Below, piece after piece: positions 20,474-31,050 of a stretch of DNA of 64,000 bases. This DNA is from a virus. The stretch is taken from the IMG/VR virus record IMGVR_UViG_3300042691_015921. One strand, written 5' to 3'. The notes under the pieces were generated by a model. It ran no database searches. It had not been told where the DNA came from and saw only the letters and a program-made list of their open reading frames with translations. The position numbers and the translations under genes were made by a program. The first letter of the stretch is position 1. Every line of letters starts with the position of its first letter.

Positions 20474-22024
20474 CTATATCATGTAAATTTTATCAATAAT
20501 AAATGAATTTCTCTGCTTGTCCTTGATTTCACCAGAGATTAATACAGTTGCCTGCTCGTATATTATATCTTTGTTTTGCTCGTATATATCTGGAAAAACC
20601 ACAATATTTTCAAGTTCACCAGAGTCATCTTCTATTGATAAGAAAGCCATCAAATCACCATTCTTGGTCTTAAACTCCTTTGCCCTTTTAATAACTGCCG
20701 CAATTATGGAATGACCAGTTTTGCCATCGGCTATTTCTTTGCATGTAGTATCGGCATGTCCGACCTCCGCACATGCATTTAACTCGGAATGGTTTATAGC
20801 ATATCCAAGAAGTTTCTCCTCAATCTTAGCATAAACGGCAGAATTGTCAAGTAGACTCCTGCCTGGATTATTAATTCTTACTAATATATTTTCTACCTTC
20901 TCTAATCTCGACTGAGTTGAAATTATGCCGCCATTCTTTTTTAAGCCCAGGTTGATAAATTTCTGTAGAGTTTCTGAGATAGTATTTGATACTAGATCAG
21001 ACTTTGCAATGAAATCTATTTCTTTGTCTGTTAAGTCTAGATAACAATGAAACTCATGAAGCATTTCGCTTCTTGTCTTTCCAAGACCAGAAAAGGCACC
21101 AACGCTAATAAGGTTTTCTATCGCTCTCTTATTAATATTTGTTAGAACCTTGGTCAATAGAACAGTCCATGTTCTTTCATTTGACGGTATATCATCTAGA
21201 TATTTTTTAAGTTGCTCAAGATGTGCAGCACCAACATTTTTGACATTACAGATTCCGAAGTAGATTGCACCATTATGCCAAGAAAAATTATCTTCAAGAA
21301 TATTTATAGTTGGTCCACAAACTTTGATATCCTCTGATTTAGCTGCCATAATAAGTTGTCTAGTTTCCATATCTGGATCTATTTTTTCATCGGCATTTCT
21401 TAACCAGTTTTTAAAGAATTTTGGAGTATAATGATATTTGATCCATGCAGACCAGTATGCCATTTTAGCATATGCTACAGCATGAGATTTATTAAATGAA
21501 TATCTTGCTGATTTTTCAATCATATCAAAGATTTCTATAGCCTTATCTTCATCAATATTATTATTTTTACAGCCTTCTATAAATTTTACGCGAACCTCTT
21601 TCATGAGGTCTGCCTTTTTCTTGCCAATAGCCTTACGAAGATCGTCCGCTTGCTTTAGATTAAATCCAGCCATTTTGACTGAGATTTCCATTGCCTGTTC
21701 CTGATATACAATAACTCCATATGTTTCTTTTAGTAGGTCATCAATTAAAGGATGAAGGCTGGGAATATCTTCTTTGCCAAACTTACGATCAACAAAGTGC
21801 TGAGTCATTGATTTACCATCTACTATCGCTTTTAACGTTCCGGGCCTAACGATGCTAATGAGTGCAGAGAGTTCTGTTATATTCTTTGGCTTTGACTTTT
21901 TAGACCATGTTTTACCAAGGTAGCTTTCTATCTGAAAGCAACCTTTGACGCGACCTTCGCCTATCATGTTCCATACTTCGGCGTCGTCTTCTCGGATTTT
22001 AGTGATATCAATTTTGGAATGCAT
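20474..22024 (-). CDS. dnaE: DNA polymerase III alpha subunit, C-terminal half (fingers, HhH, OB)
   Basis: GCFQIES, ETYGVIVYQEQ, ADDLRKAIGKK, YSFNKSHAVAY, MAFLSIEDDSG. Confidence 0.95.
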   Translation of the reverse strand: MHSKIDITKIREDDAEVWNMIGEGRVKGCFQIESYLGKTWSKKSKPKNITELSALISIVRPGTLKAIVDGKSMTQHFVDRKFGKEDIPSLHPLIDDLLKETYGVIVYQEQAMEISVKMAGFNLKQADDLRKAIGKKKADLMKEVRVKFIEGCKNNNIDEDKAIEIFDMIEKSARYSFNKSHAVAYAKMAYWSAWIKYHYTPKFFKNWLRNADEKIDPDMETRQLIMAAKSEDIKVCGPTINILEDNFSWHNGAIYFGICNVKNVGAAHLEQLKKYLDDIPSNERTWTVLLTKVLTNINKRAIENLISVGAFSGLGKTRSEMLHEFHCYLDLTDKEIDFIAKSDLVSNTISETLQKFINLGLKKNGGIISTQSRLEKVENILVRINNPGRSLLDNSAVYAKIEEKLLGYAINHSELNACAEVGHADTTCKEIADGKTGHSIIAAVIKRAKEFKTKNGDLMAFLSIEDDSGELENIVVFPDIYEQNKDIIYEQATVLISGEIKDKQRNSFIIDKIYMI

Positions 22025-22694
22025 TTTTAAAGTTCTTTCTAGATGCTGTGGTCCTAAGCATTTTCATAGTTCTACAAAATAATTCAGCAGTCATTATAAC
22101 GTCAGACATAGCATCGTGTGCCTTGCCTTTAGAATAATTCATATATCCACGAATCAGATTGTCGGCAGACAGAGAGTTAACGTCTTTATTATTTTCAAAT
22201 AGTGCAAACATAAAATCAAGTAGGTCTATACTATGTATCCTATTGAACAGATCTTGCTCTCCACGCTTACTATCAACCGGTCCAAATTTGTATGGGGCTT
22301 GAGTGCAGAGGCGATTGACTATAACAGAGTCAAAGTTTTTAATGTTATATCCTACGGATATTGGGGCACTCCAATTACTACCTTTAAAATTATGCTGATT
22401 GACATAATCAGTAAAGTTTTTCCAAACAGATTCTACACTTGGTGCATCACGTAATATTTCTTCTGTTTTACCATGCACCGCAACTGCACCATCTTCTAGT
22501 GGATCAATACCAAGTTTTTGACATTTATCTTTATCGAATACAGGCTTAATCAATGACTGAAATTCTGATCCGGGCTTTATCTCTAATTTTCTTCCATGAA
22601 TAACAACGGCAGCTATTTGCACCGGCTGTGTTGTATATGGGTTTGCACTAGTCGTCTCAAAGTCATAGCAAATAAAATCACGATAGTTCATCAT
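22008..22694 (-). CDS. dnaQ: DEDDh 3'-5' exonuclease (DnaQ/epsilon-like)
   Basis: ExoI DFETT, ExoII GYNIKNFD, ExoIII HDAMSD. Confidence 0.9.
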   Translation of the reverse strand: MMNYRDFICYDFETTSANPYTTQPVQIAAVVIHGRKLEIKPGSEFQSLIKPVFDKDKCQKLGIDPLEDGAVAVHGKTEEILRDAPSVESVWKNFTDYVNQHNFKGSNWSAPISVGYNIKNFDSVIVNRLCTQAPYKFGPVDSKRGEQDLFNRIHSIDLLDFMFALFENNKDVNSLSADNLIRGYMNYSKGKAHDAMSDVIMTAELFCRTMKMLRTTASRKNFKNAFQN

Positions 22695-24528
22695 TAACCT
22701 CTTTTACTGTTTCTGCAATTTTTTTAAGTAAATTTACACCTAAAATATCAAATTTAACACATCCAATAGCCTCTAGATCACCCATTTCCATTCCAGCAAT
22801 TTGCTCTGAATTTCTAGAAGATTTAACCATGGGGCATATCTTTTCTAGACTGTCTGATGCAATTACTACGCCGGCAGCATGTTTTCCCTGTGTCTTAAAT
22901 ATTCCTTCCATTCGCATAGCCTGTTGAAATATTTTAGCATACTCGCCCTGTAGATTACCGTCATCGTCTAGCCAGCAATAATCAATTAGTGCCTCTCTGT
23001 CATTTTCAAGTGCCCATCTAATAACAGATGGATTATCCATTTCTTCCAACAGGTCAGAAATAGCGGCCTCGTTGGGAATCTTTTCTGTGATTTGATTCAT
23101 CTGATCAAAACTACATGACTCATTTACACGTAGAACTTCTTTAAGAATGGATTTGCCGGCAAGTCTACCAAATGTAAGCATTTGACAAACTCGGGATTCT
23201 CCATACTTATTCTTTAGATATTCAATTACCTCATCCCTATAATCAGGAGGGAAATCTACGTCAATATCTGGAAGAGAGATATGATCTTCTGTATTTCTGC
23301 CGTCATTGTAAAAACGTTCAAAAAGAAGTCCATACTCTATAGGATCAATAAGAGTTATTCCCGTTAGATAACAAACAAGCGATCCACCACCAGAGCCACG
23401 GGCGGGACCAACTAGACAGCCTTTATTTCTAAAGTAATTTACATAATCTTGTACAATTAAGAAGTAGCCAGGAAGTTTAGCCTTGCTAATTACCTCTAAT
23501 TCCTTAAGAACCCTATCTTTATAGATATCATGCTTGTCTTTCGGTATATTTGTAGATATCAATCTTTTCCATCCCTGCCTACACAATTCTTTAAGATATT
23601 CATCTTCTGATAGATTATTAGGTGCATCAAATCTTGGCAGCTTAGGATTAGATAAAATGTTTATGTCTTCTATAAGAAGACTTATATTTAATAGATTTGA
23701 TATTTGCCTATCTGAGTAATTAGTCTTAAGAAAGTCTAGATTCTTAATATAATATTTACTGCTTCTAATAAACTTCAATGCGTCTATATTTTTTGAATCA
23801 GTTATAGACTGATCTAGTTTCTTCATTGTTGTTTTAAGTTTAGTACATAATATAACACGGTGATCAATCGCGTCTATATTTTCTGGATAGTATGATGAAG
23901 TATCAGGTATTGATAGTTCATGATTAGGATCAATTTCATAGATGATATTTTTAATTACATTAGTAATTGGATATGATTCATCATTTGTTGTGTTTACTTC
24001 TAGATAATAATATTTAAATGTTTTACGCATTAATTCAATATGATCCCTAGCAACGGAACCATAGTTCGGCACTAGACAGTCAACTATACTTTCACTATCT
24101 ATTGATTGAAAAATACAATTGTTATCTGGCATCACTGATGAAAATAGCATACTTCCAACATATCCGTCCACACATACAAAATCATCTGGAGATATATTTT
24201 TGAGTAGTTCTTCTATAGAAATTCTAGGAGTATCATGATAGTTTTCTGGATTATTTGAAATAGAAATAACAGAAAGTAACTGATTCCATGCATTGCGATT
24301 CCTACAAAATAAACTGATAGTTGATCCATTTGCCAAAACAATTTCAGTACCAATAATCGGCTTAATATCAGACTTCTTGCAGGCTTGTATAAAGTTTACG
24401 CATCCGCTGATTGTAGTAAGATCGCATATGCCGGCATGAGTATAGCCGGCATTTTTACATGCTTGTACAATCTGTTCTGATCTTGAGATTGACGATAAAA
24501 GAGAATAGTGACTATGATTTCTAAGCAT
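22678..24528 (-). CDS. dnaE: DNA polymerase III alpha subunit, N-terminal half (PHP, palm, thumb)
   Basis: HSHYSLL, GPARGSGGGSLV, LLFERF, PDIDVDF, GKHAAGVVI, KFDILG. Confidence 0.95.
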   Translation of the reverse strand: MLRNHSHYSLLSSISRSEQIVQACKNAGYTHAGICDLTTISGCVNFIQACKKSDIKPIIGTEIVLANGSTISLFCRNRNAWNQLLSVISISNNPENYHDTPRISIEELLKNISPDDFVCVDGYVGSMLFSSVMPDNNCIFQSIDSESIVDCLVPNYGSVARDHIELMRKTFKYYYLEVNTTNDESYPITNVIKNIIYEIDPNHELSIPDTSSYYPENIDAIDHRVILCTKLKTTMKKLDQSITDSKNIDALKFIRSSKYYIKNLDFLKTNYSDRQISNLLNISLLIEDINILSNPKLPRFDAPNNLSEDEYLKELCRQGWKRLISTNIPKDKHDIYKDRVLKELEVISKAKLPGYFLIVQDYVNYFRNKGCLVGPARGSGGGSLVCYLTGITLIDPIEYGLLFERFYNDGRNTEDHISLPDIDVDFPPDYRDEVIEYLKNKYGESRVCQMLTFGRLAGKSILKEVLRVNESCSFDQMNQITEKIPNEAAISDLLEEMDNPSVIRWALENDREALIDYCWLDDDGNLQGEYAKIFQQAMRMEGIFKTQGKHAAGVVIASDSLEKICPMVKSSRNSEQIAGMEMGDLEAIGCVKFDILGVNLLKKIAETVKEVNDELS

Positions 24529-25525
24529 TATCTAGTTTTCCTCCACCAGCACCGTATTGTCCAAATTTATTCAAATCAGCATGTTCAGAGACGACAGTAG
24601 ACATGCCCTTCAATTTTATCAGATCATAGAAGTGTTGGCAAGTAGTTTTATTTGATCCGGGATATTGTTCGGCAAACTTGCATAGCTTAGTGCATTTCCA
24701 GTTTAATTGATCATTAGATAATTGCCTAGGTAATTCAACAGATTTAATGTACTCAAATTTTTGTTTAAGCATTTCTTCCGCTTTATGATAATCTTCTTCC
24801 GAGAAGACGATATCGAAAACCCCACCATCATTTATATAATAGATACTTGTATAAAAATTATAATCTGGATACATATTCTTCAACGCATAGAAATATAGCA
24901 TCAACTGTTTATCGGAGCATAAATCCTCGTATGTCTTTTCTTTACCCGTAGCCCAATTGAGTCTTTTGCCGGTCTTGTAGTCTAAGACCTGATAATAAAC
25001 ATCATCTTCTTTAATTATAAGATCTACAGTTCCTTTTATGGCAAGATTCCCAGATATTTTTTTACCATTCACACTATATGTATATTTTGCCCACGGTTTT
25101 TTGATTTCTATATCAAAGAATAACTCTGTGGCATACACATTCTGATTTCTCGGATCAAGCGATCCATTACTATATTCAAGTGCCTTATTTACCCATTGTA
25201 CACAGGTCTTGTAGTCTTTTTCATCTAGACCAACATCTTCTTCATGCTTCTTATAATAATCAAAACATATTCTAGTGATATATTCGATATCATCGCACTG
25301 AGAAAACTTTAAGCTTGGTATATCATCATTCTCGACAAGTTTCTTTTTGTCAAGCTGTGCTTTCTTTTTATCGGCAAGAACCTGCATTGTTCTATGGACA
25401 ATTGTTCCAAGCACAGCTTTTTTGTTTGTTTTATCTTTCATTCCAAGAACATATTGGAAGAAATATTTCATCTCGCACATTTCAAGAGTGCCAAGACTTG
25501 AAGACCTTAAGTAACTAATTATCAT
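24521..25525 (-). CDS. PD-(D/E)XK exonuclease, RecB/Cas4-like
   Basis: GTIVH, GTVDL, LDYKTG, QLMLY, C-terminal Cys cluster. Confidence 0.85.
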   Translation of the reverse strand: MIISYLRSSSLGTLEMCEMKYFFQYVLGMKDKTNKKAVLGTIVHRTMQVLADKKKAQLDKKKLVENDDIPSLKFSQCDDIEYITRICFDYYKKHEEDVGLDEKDYKTCVQWVNKALEYSNGSLDPRNQNVYATELFFDIEIKKPWAKYTYSVNGKKISGNLAIKGTVDLIIKEDDVYYQVLDYKTGKRLNWATGKEKTYEDLCSDKQLMLYFYALKNMYPDYNFYTSIYYINDGGVFDIVFSEEDYHKAEEMLKQKFEYIKSVELPRQLSNDQLNWKCTKLCKFAEQYPGSNKTTCQHFYDLIKLKGMSTVVSEHADLNKFGQYGAGGGKLDNA

Positions 25526-26313
25526 TTGATTGAAATGGTGTATTTACCAGTTTCCCTTATTTTTTGAGTAATGCCAGCACTAACTAGCATTGATAGAAAT
25601 TGTTCACAAGATTGTTCGATTGTCATTTCCTTATTATCAATAATTCCGTCAAATTTATCATAATTATCGGCATCAATTTCGCTTTGATGGTTACTTTCAA
25701 ATGGCGATCTAGTCAATCTATATACTTTTCCGCCACGTTCTTGAGTGGCGACTATTTCATTAATAAATCTACAATCTCCAATTATAGCGATCTCTGGATT
25801 ATCTTGTTCTATCCGCTTAAAACAATTTTCTAAATGGACAGGTTCATAAATCTTACGCATAATTTCTGTACCAAAAAATTGCATAAATTCGCGGGCTGTC
25901 ATTGCACCAGATTTATTATTCACCCCCGGCATATTTTCCCAACGTAAATGCTCTTGTAGCTGATTCTTTTCTTCGTCAGTCCCATATACGCATTCTGGGG
26001 GTATATTGAACAGGGTGACGCATATCTCCTTCATAGAGTCAGCAAAGTTATATGATCTTATCAGCGGCCATATTCTTCTTGAAGCGTATTGGTAGAACTC
26101 GTCACTGTTCTGTTGTAGTTCTAGAACACCCATCTCTTCGAATTCTTTTCCAGATTCATCATGAAATGTACAATTAACTACTAGTTTTCCTTCTGGCGAA
26201 ACAAAAAACTTTTCTATTACATCATGTCTTTTCATTTCGTGACCATGTAGAAAGTTTGATAGAGTTGTCTTTCCCGATTGAGCCCTACCGGATATTGCGA
26301 CTATTTTAGTCAT
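25522..26313 (-). CDS. Deoxynucleoside monophosphate kinase
   Basis: P-loop GRAQSGKTT; FADSMKE; REFMQFFGTE; DCRFINE; HQSE. Confidence 0.85.
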   Translation of the reverse strand: MTKIVAISGRAQSGKTTLSNFLHGHEMKRHDVIEKFFVSPEGKLVVNCTFHDESGKEFEEMGVLELQQNSDEFYQYASRRIWPLIRSYNFADSMKEICVTLFNIPPECVYGTDEEKNQLQEHLRWENMPGVNNKSGAMTAREFMQFFGTEIMRKIYEPVHLENCFKRIEQDNPEIAIIGDCRFINEIVATQERGGKVYRLTRSPFESNHQSEIDADNYDKFDGIIDNKEMTIEQSCEQFLSMLVSAGITQKIRETGKYTISIK

Positions 26314-27160
26314 ATTTTATTCCTTTTGCTTTAAATAATTTTTCAAATTTATTTTTTTTTCGTTCTAATGAAAATACACATTCTTTTCCATACATAGTCT
26401 TGTATAATGAAATAGTATTTTGAATTTTACTATTTTGTAAATAATAAAATGACTTTTGATCTATGATAGTTCCGAATCCCAAAAATTTTTTAATATTTTC
26501 TAAAAAATTAATATCTTGATTGCAAAGATTCCATTTATGTTCAATATTTGTATATTTTCCACGCTCTCTATGTCTCCAGCTAATCGAACCATCTCCATCA
26601 AAAAATCCACGAATTAAACTACCAGTGTATTTTTGTGGAATAATATCAAATATTCTTGAACAATTCTTTTTTTTATGTACAATTCCTATATCATATAAAT
26701 CTTTAACAAGTGTTTTTGAGGATATATCTAATTTTATAGAATTTTTATAACGTTTTATTTTTGCGTCTGGTGCAATTTCATTTTTAATAAAATCAAGAAT
26801 AGCTATATCTTTTTCTGCTAATCCAAATTTTATTCTATATCTAATATCATTATCATAATCAGTTATATGCCCATCAGCGATAATAAACCCAATTATATAG
26901 CAAGAATTATCATTAAGATTTTTAAAATAATTCACATTTACATTTTTTGATCTTTCACCAAATCTTCCACATTTTTTATTTAAAGACAGTTGATTTCTTT
27001 TATTTCTAACGCTTCTAAAATTATAACCTAATTTTTGACTAATTTCTTTATCTGTAAAGTTTTTATAATTTTCTTTTAAGAAATTCTCTTCTTCTATTGA
27101 CCATTTTTTCATAATATATGCCACAATATAGTATTTTTTACCCACTTGTATATACACCAT
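26306..27160 (-). CDS. Free-standing LAGLIDADG homing endonuclease; likely start at 27112
   Basis: Two motifs YIIGFIIADG and LIRGFFDGDG; N-terminal WSIEEENFLKENY helix-turn-helix. Confidence 0.85.
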   Translation of the reverse strand: MVYIQVGKKYYIVAYIMKKWSIEEENFLKENYKNFTDKEISQKLGYNFRSVRNKRNQLSLNKKCGRFGERSKNVNVNYFKNLNDNSCYIIGFIIADGHITDYDNDIRYRIKFGLAEKDIAILDFIKNEIAPDAKIKRYKNSIKLDISSKTLVKDLYDIGIVHKKKNCSRIFDIIPQKYTGSLIRGFFDGDGSISWRHRERGKYTNIEHKWNLCNQDINFLENIKKFLGFGTIIDQKSFYYLQNSKIQNTISLYKTMYGKECVFSLERKKNKFEKLFKAKGIKYD

Positions 27161-27182
27161 AAGGACAAAATCTAGTTTGTCA

Positions 27183-28256
27183 TTAAAATTTTCCTTTAAT
27201 TTGTGGTTTAACTATCGTATTGATTTCATCAACAGTCATATCGCCAATGTCATTTTTTGGTATATTGACTGAATATATATTAAATAAGTATTGTAGCCTA
27301 CTGTTTAGGTCTTTAGCACAGTCCACTCCAGCATCATCATTATCTGTCATAATAACGATATTTGATGCTCCAGTTTTCTGTATTAAAAATTCCTGAGAAT
27401 CACTGATCTTAGACCCAAACATTCCAACGGCATTGTGTATTCCAGCCTCCCACAATCTCAATATATCGCCTTGACCTTCAACTAAAATTATGGTCTGTGT
27501 ACGCTTTATATGTTCTAACGCTTTTCCATAATTATATAGAAAATTTGATTTATTGAATCCCTTTTGGTTTATCCATTTTCTTGGATCGTTATTGATTGTT
27601 CTTCCAGTACATCCTATCATAAATTGATCAGTTTCATCATATACCGGAAATACAATTCTTTGATACATTTGACTCTTGGGGTTCATACATAATCCAACAT
27701 CAAAGGTGTCAAGAACTTTTTCTGAAAATCCTCTATCAATATAGAATTTGGCTGGAAATATAAGACGCTTTCTTACAGTATCACGATCAATTCTAATGCC
27801 AGAAGTTTTCGAATTTCTTTTAGATGCTATTTTGATCAACTTATCAATAGCGTCATTGTTCTCAATAATTATAGAGTTTTCGTCTATGTCTAGACTAATA
27901 TCTTTGCAAAATTTTCTACAGAAACTTATAACATCATTGAATTTGAATACACGGTAATATTTTTTCTCTAGTAGAAGCCATATTAATGATAATATGTCTT
28001 TCCCAGGTTTTGACTCATGACAATGCTTTGTATTACAAAACCATTTACCATAATGATCTATATTATCCTCATCAATATTTATATTGAATGCGGTTATATT
28101 GTCGCCTTCATGTATCGGGCATCTGCTCATCAATAAGTTATTAGACTCATAATAATCATCAATGTCAAAAAATTCATATATCTCAAAAATTTTCTTCATC
28201 ATCTTCATCTTGAGAATCAATGTCTGTTTGATCTGCAAATCCTTGACTTCCGCCAT
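27183..28256 (-). CDS. dnaG: DNA primase (zinc-binding + TOPRIM); likely start near 28202
   Basis: CPIH..D zinc finger; RIVFP; LVEGQGD; MTDNDDAG. Confidence 0.9.
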   Translation of the reverse strand: MAEVKDLQIKQTLILKMKMMKKIFEIYEFFDIDDYYESNNLLMSRCPIHEGDNITAFNINIDEDNIDHYGKWFCNTKHCHESKPGKDILSLIWLLLEKKYYRVFKFNDVISFCRKFCKDISLDIDENSIIIENNDAIDKLIKIASKRNSKTSGIRIDRDTVRKRLIFPAKFYIDRGFSEKVLDTFDVGLCMNPKSQMYQRIVFPVYDETDQFMIGCTGRTINNDPRKWINQKGFNKSNFLYNYGKALEHIKRTQTIILVEGQGDILRLWEAGIHNAVGMFGSKISDSQEFLIQKTGASNIVIMTDNDDAGVDCAKDLNSRLQYLFNIYSVNIPKNDIGDMTVDEINTIVKPQIKGKF

Positions 28257-29664
28257 GTTCTTGCCTCTTTATTCCTCTGATTGTGCCAAGTTCTTTTATT
28301 TTTGCGTATTTACCATCCATCTGCAAACAGATATATCCCTCGTCCTCAATTCCAGGCCCATGCCTAGATACAACCGGTATCAACTTTTTATTTCCAGACG
28401 ATATACCATCCGCCATTCTCTCTTCCTCAGTTTTATCTTTAAAGATAGAAAAGCTTGTACATAGCCAGACTAATCTGTCCGAGCCGCTAACAACATCAGT
28501 TGTCTCTTTTGTTATACCATCACGATTTAGCTGCACAAATGATAAACATGGCACATCGTTCTCTACGCAGAAGTTATGTAGTGCTGTAATTTGGAAGCCT
28601 AGCACTTGAAACTCAGCTAGGTTGTTGTTGATACTATTGGAGGTCATAAGCTTCAAATAGTCATATATAATCAGGCAGTCATTCAGCACTCCATTCTCAT
28701 CATATCCAACAGTCTTAATAAGCCATCTCTTTGCAATAGATAGAGTCTCGTCAAATGGTCTTCCAGAAATACTGATATAATCATAAGGTATTTCCTTGAG
28801 AACGTTCTTACTATGAATAACTTTATCTTTATGTTCTAGATTTTCAAAAAAAGAACCAGAAGCAATCTTATTGATTTCAATTTCGCTAAGATTAGCTAAC
28901 ATTCTATTGATATGATCTTCCTCACTCATTTCTGTATCAAGCACTAGAACGGGAATATTATGAGTCCTAGAGACATACAGTGCTATATTATCAGCTAGAC
29001 AGCTTTTGCCGGCTTTTGGTCTAGCGGCAATTAAATCAACGCACTTACGTCTTAATCCACCACCAATGGCTTTATCAAATGCCGGAAATCCAGTGGTAAT
29101 CCCAATTGATTTACCCTGGTTGTTTTCTAAGTGATTAAGATATTCTTCAATTCTATTACCAATACGCTGCGGAAGCAACTCGTCTTCTTTTATGTATGAT
29201 AGACATGTATTTTGAATTGGATTTTCAGCTAAAGCTAATATTTCTGTAATTGATTCGTCGCCGGTTACTTTATTTAGATCGGAATATATTGTCCTAAGCT
29301 GGGACTGAATTTTTCTAGCAAACTCAAGTCTTTTTAGTTTCTTTGCATGTTCTACGACATTATCTATATGAACCGGAGTATTCATAACTCCAGAGATATG
29401 TTTTAATACTTCGTTCTTTTCAATATATTCATCTAGCTGTAGACTTTTAGCAGACGATAGGATATCTGCATATCCAGCAGACTCTTTATCTTTTAGTGAA
29501 TGTATAATACATTTATATAATACCTTATTTGTATCTAGGGTAAAGCTATCTTCGTTTAATAGGAGTTCTACTTCTATTAAGCTTTCTTTTCCATACTGTA
29601 GTAATCCGGCTAATACCGCCCTTTCAGATGCAACATTTTTTAGACTACTTTCTATCTTCGACAT
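28183..29664 (-). CDS. dnaB: Replicative DNA helicase
   Basis: SERAVLAGLL; AARPKAGKS; DTEMS; YDYLKL; QLNR. Confidence 0.95.
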   Translation of the reverse strand: MSKIESSLKNVASERAVLAGLLQYGKESLIEVELLLNEDSFTLDTNKVLYKCIIHSLKDKESAGYADILSSAKSLQLDEYIEKNEVLKHISGVMNTPVHIDNVVEHAKKLKRLEFARKIQSQLRTIYSDLNKVTGDESITEILALAENPIQNTCLSYIKEDELLPQRIGNRIEEYLNHLENNQGKSIGITTGFPAFDKAIGGGLRRKCVDLIAARPKAGKSCLADNIALYVSRTHNIPVLVLDTEMSEEDHINRMLANLSEIEINKIASGSFFENLEHKDKVIHSKNVLKEIPYDYISISGRPFDETLSIAKRWLIKTVGYDENGVLNDCLIIYDYLKLMTSNSINNNLAEFQVLGFQITALHNFCVENDVPCLSFVQLNRDGITKETTDVVSGSDRLVWLCTSFSIFKDKTEEERMADGISSGNKKLIPVVSRHGPGIEDEGYICLQMDGKYAKIKELGTIRGIKRQEHGGSQGFADQTDIDSQDEDDEENF

Positions 29665-30170
29665 TAACCATTCCTTCTATTTAGGCATCTATCACAAATA
29701 TAATTTTCTTTGGCAAACATGGGATGAACTTCGTTTGTCTTCCCACACTCTCTACATGTTACCTGTTTTTGAGAAAATTTTGGCCTATTTCTACTAGTAG
29801 GCTTAATGTTATCATTGATTTTATCAAATCCATCTTCTTTGTCAACCTCTGGTAAAATATCGACCATTTGCTCAAATCTATTAATTTTTTCTTCTTGTTT
29901 TGCAGTTGCTTTTTTTCTACCAGTCTTACTTGTTTTATTTGACTTAGTTGTGGTTGTATTATTTTCTAGCTTATTGACACGTTCAAGTAGTTCTTTGAAC
30001 TGTGAATCAACTATTTTGTCATCACTTGGGACTTCTATCTTTCGTCCAGTAATCAACGCATAAGCATTAGCAATCGCATTCCAGTCTTTATTTTCGATAG
30101 CATGTTCAATATTATCTACAACTATTAATAGTTCGTCATTTAATTCTTTTATATTCTCAAGTATATTCAT
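29664..30170 (-). CDS. Hypothetical protein with C-terminal zinc ribbon
   Basis: CRECG...CDRC. Confidence 0.65.
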   Translation of the reverse strand: MNILENIKELNDELLIVVDNIEHAIENKDWNAIANAYALITGRKIEVPSDDKIVDSQFKELLERVNKLENNTTTTKSNKTSKTGRKKATAKQEEKINRFEQMVDILPEVDKEDGFDKINDNIKPTSRNRPKFSQKQVTCRECGKTNEVHPMFAKENYICDRCLNRRNG

Positions 30171-30658
30171 TTAAAACTCCTAGACTTTCCAAGGTCTTGA
30201 AAAAGTGTTACTCTTTTCTTGATATCTTTAGTTGTTTCAGATAGCATTCCAAGACTAGCATACATTCTAAGTCTGCACTTTTCTACCTTTTGTGCAAAAG
30301 AATTTTCAGCAATGATTGACTTTTTCTTTATATCTGCCGGTAAATACTTATCGTATCTATCCCAATATTTTGCGTATAGAAAGTTAAGTGCCTCAACACA
30401 CCAAGTATATTGACTATTGATTAGATCATGTTTCTTTTGTAGTCTACCAGCATAGTTCATTAGTGTTATTGCGTTGGCAAAACACTCGTCGCTAGAAAGA
30501 CCAATAATATCTTCATTAGATAGAGAAAGTATTGGCTCATATTCATTAGAGTCTTTATATTCTATGATATTATTATCTTTACAGAAATTTTCTACCCATT
30601 CTGTAAATCTATCCAAAACTTCTACTGATTCATCGTCATCTGTATTAAATTCTTCCAT
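30167..30658 (-). CDS. Hypothetical helical protein (possible recombination mediator)
   Basis: Helical; lies between recA and dnaB. Confidence 0.5.
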   Translation of the reverse strand: MEEFNTDDDESVEVLDRFTEWVENFCKDNNIIEYKDSNEYEPILSLSNEDIIGLSSDECFANAITLMNYAGRLQKKHDLINSQYTWCVEALNFLYAKYWDRYDKYLPADIKKKSIIAENSFAQKVEKCRLRMYASLGMLSETTKDIKKRVTLFQDLGKSRSFK

Positions 30659-31050
30659 TCTGATTCCTTATTATAAGGTAATGATACAATTTTAATATTG
30701 TTTAAATTACACCACTCAATTTTGTCTGCGTCTCTTTTTTTAGACTTTAAGAAATCCATTTTATCACTATGGAAGAAAGAGCAAAATTCATAATGTTGTT
30801 TTCCATGCACTTCTATAATAAGCATCAACTCTGGAATAAAAAAGTCAGCGTATAATAATGAAGACCTTCCCAGCTTTTTAGATCCGGGAAGGGTTACTTC
30901 TTCATATACAGATGATTTAGGAAATAACTCTTTTATTAAGAATCTAGCTTTATTATGAAATGAGGATTTATTATCTTGATATCTTCTTTTTTGGTTTTTG
31001 GTAAAATTGAATAGATGTTCTTTATTATCAAAGCCAACTACTCTAATCAT
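30622..31050 (-). CDS. DUF559/PD-(D/E)XK-like endonuclease
   Basis: ADFFIP..IIEVHGKQHY...RDADKIEWC. Confidence 0.7.
   Translation of the reverse strand: MIRVVGFDNKEHLFNFTKNQKRRYQDNKSSFHNKARFLIKELFPKSSVYEEVTLPGSKKLGRSSLLYADFFIPELMLIIEVHGKQHYEFCSFFHSDKMDFLKSKKRDADKIEWCNLNNIKIVSLPYNKESEWKNLIQMTMNQ

Noticed and set aside
22008-22694. Split intein or programmed frameshift joining DnaE-N, DnaQ and DnaE-C
   Set aside because: No intein N-terminal or HN C-terminal motifs at the break; the TTTAAAA run is not in the required frame and the shift needed is +1. Ordinary translational coupling is sufficient.
24521-25525. Cas4 implying a CRISPR system
   Set aside because: No repeat-spacer array or other cas genes seen; replication context fits a standalone phage exonuclease.
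26306-27160. LAGLIDADG ORF as part of an intron or intein
   Set aside because: The flanking primase and kinase genes look complete, and there is no room for a ribozyme core or splicing motifs.
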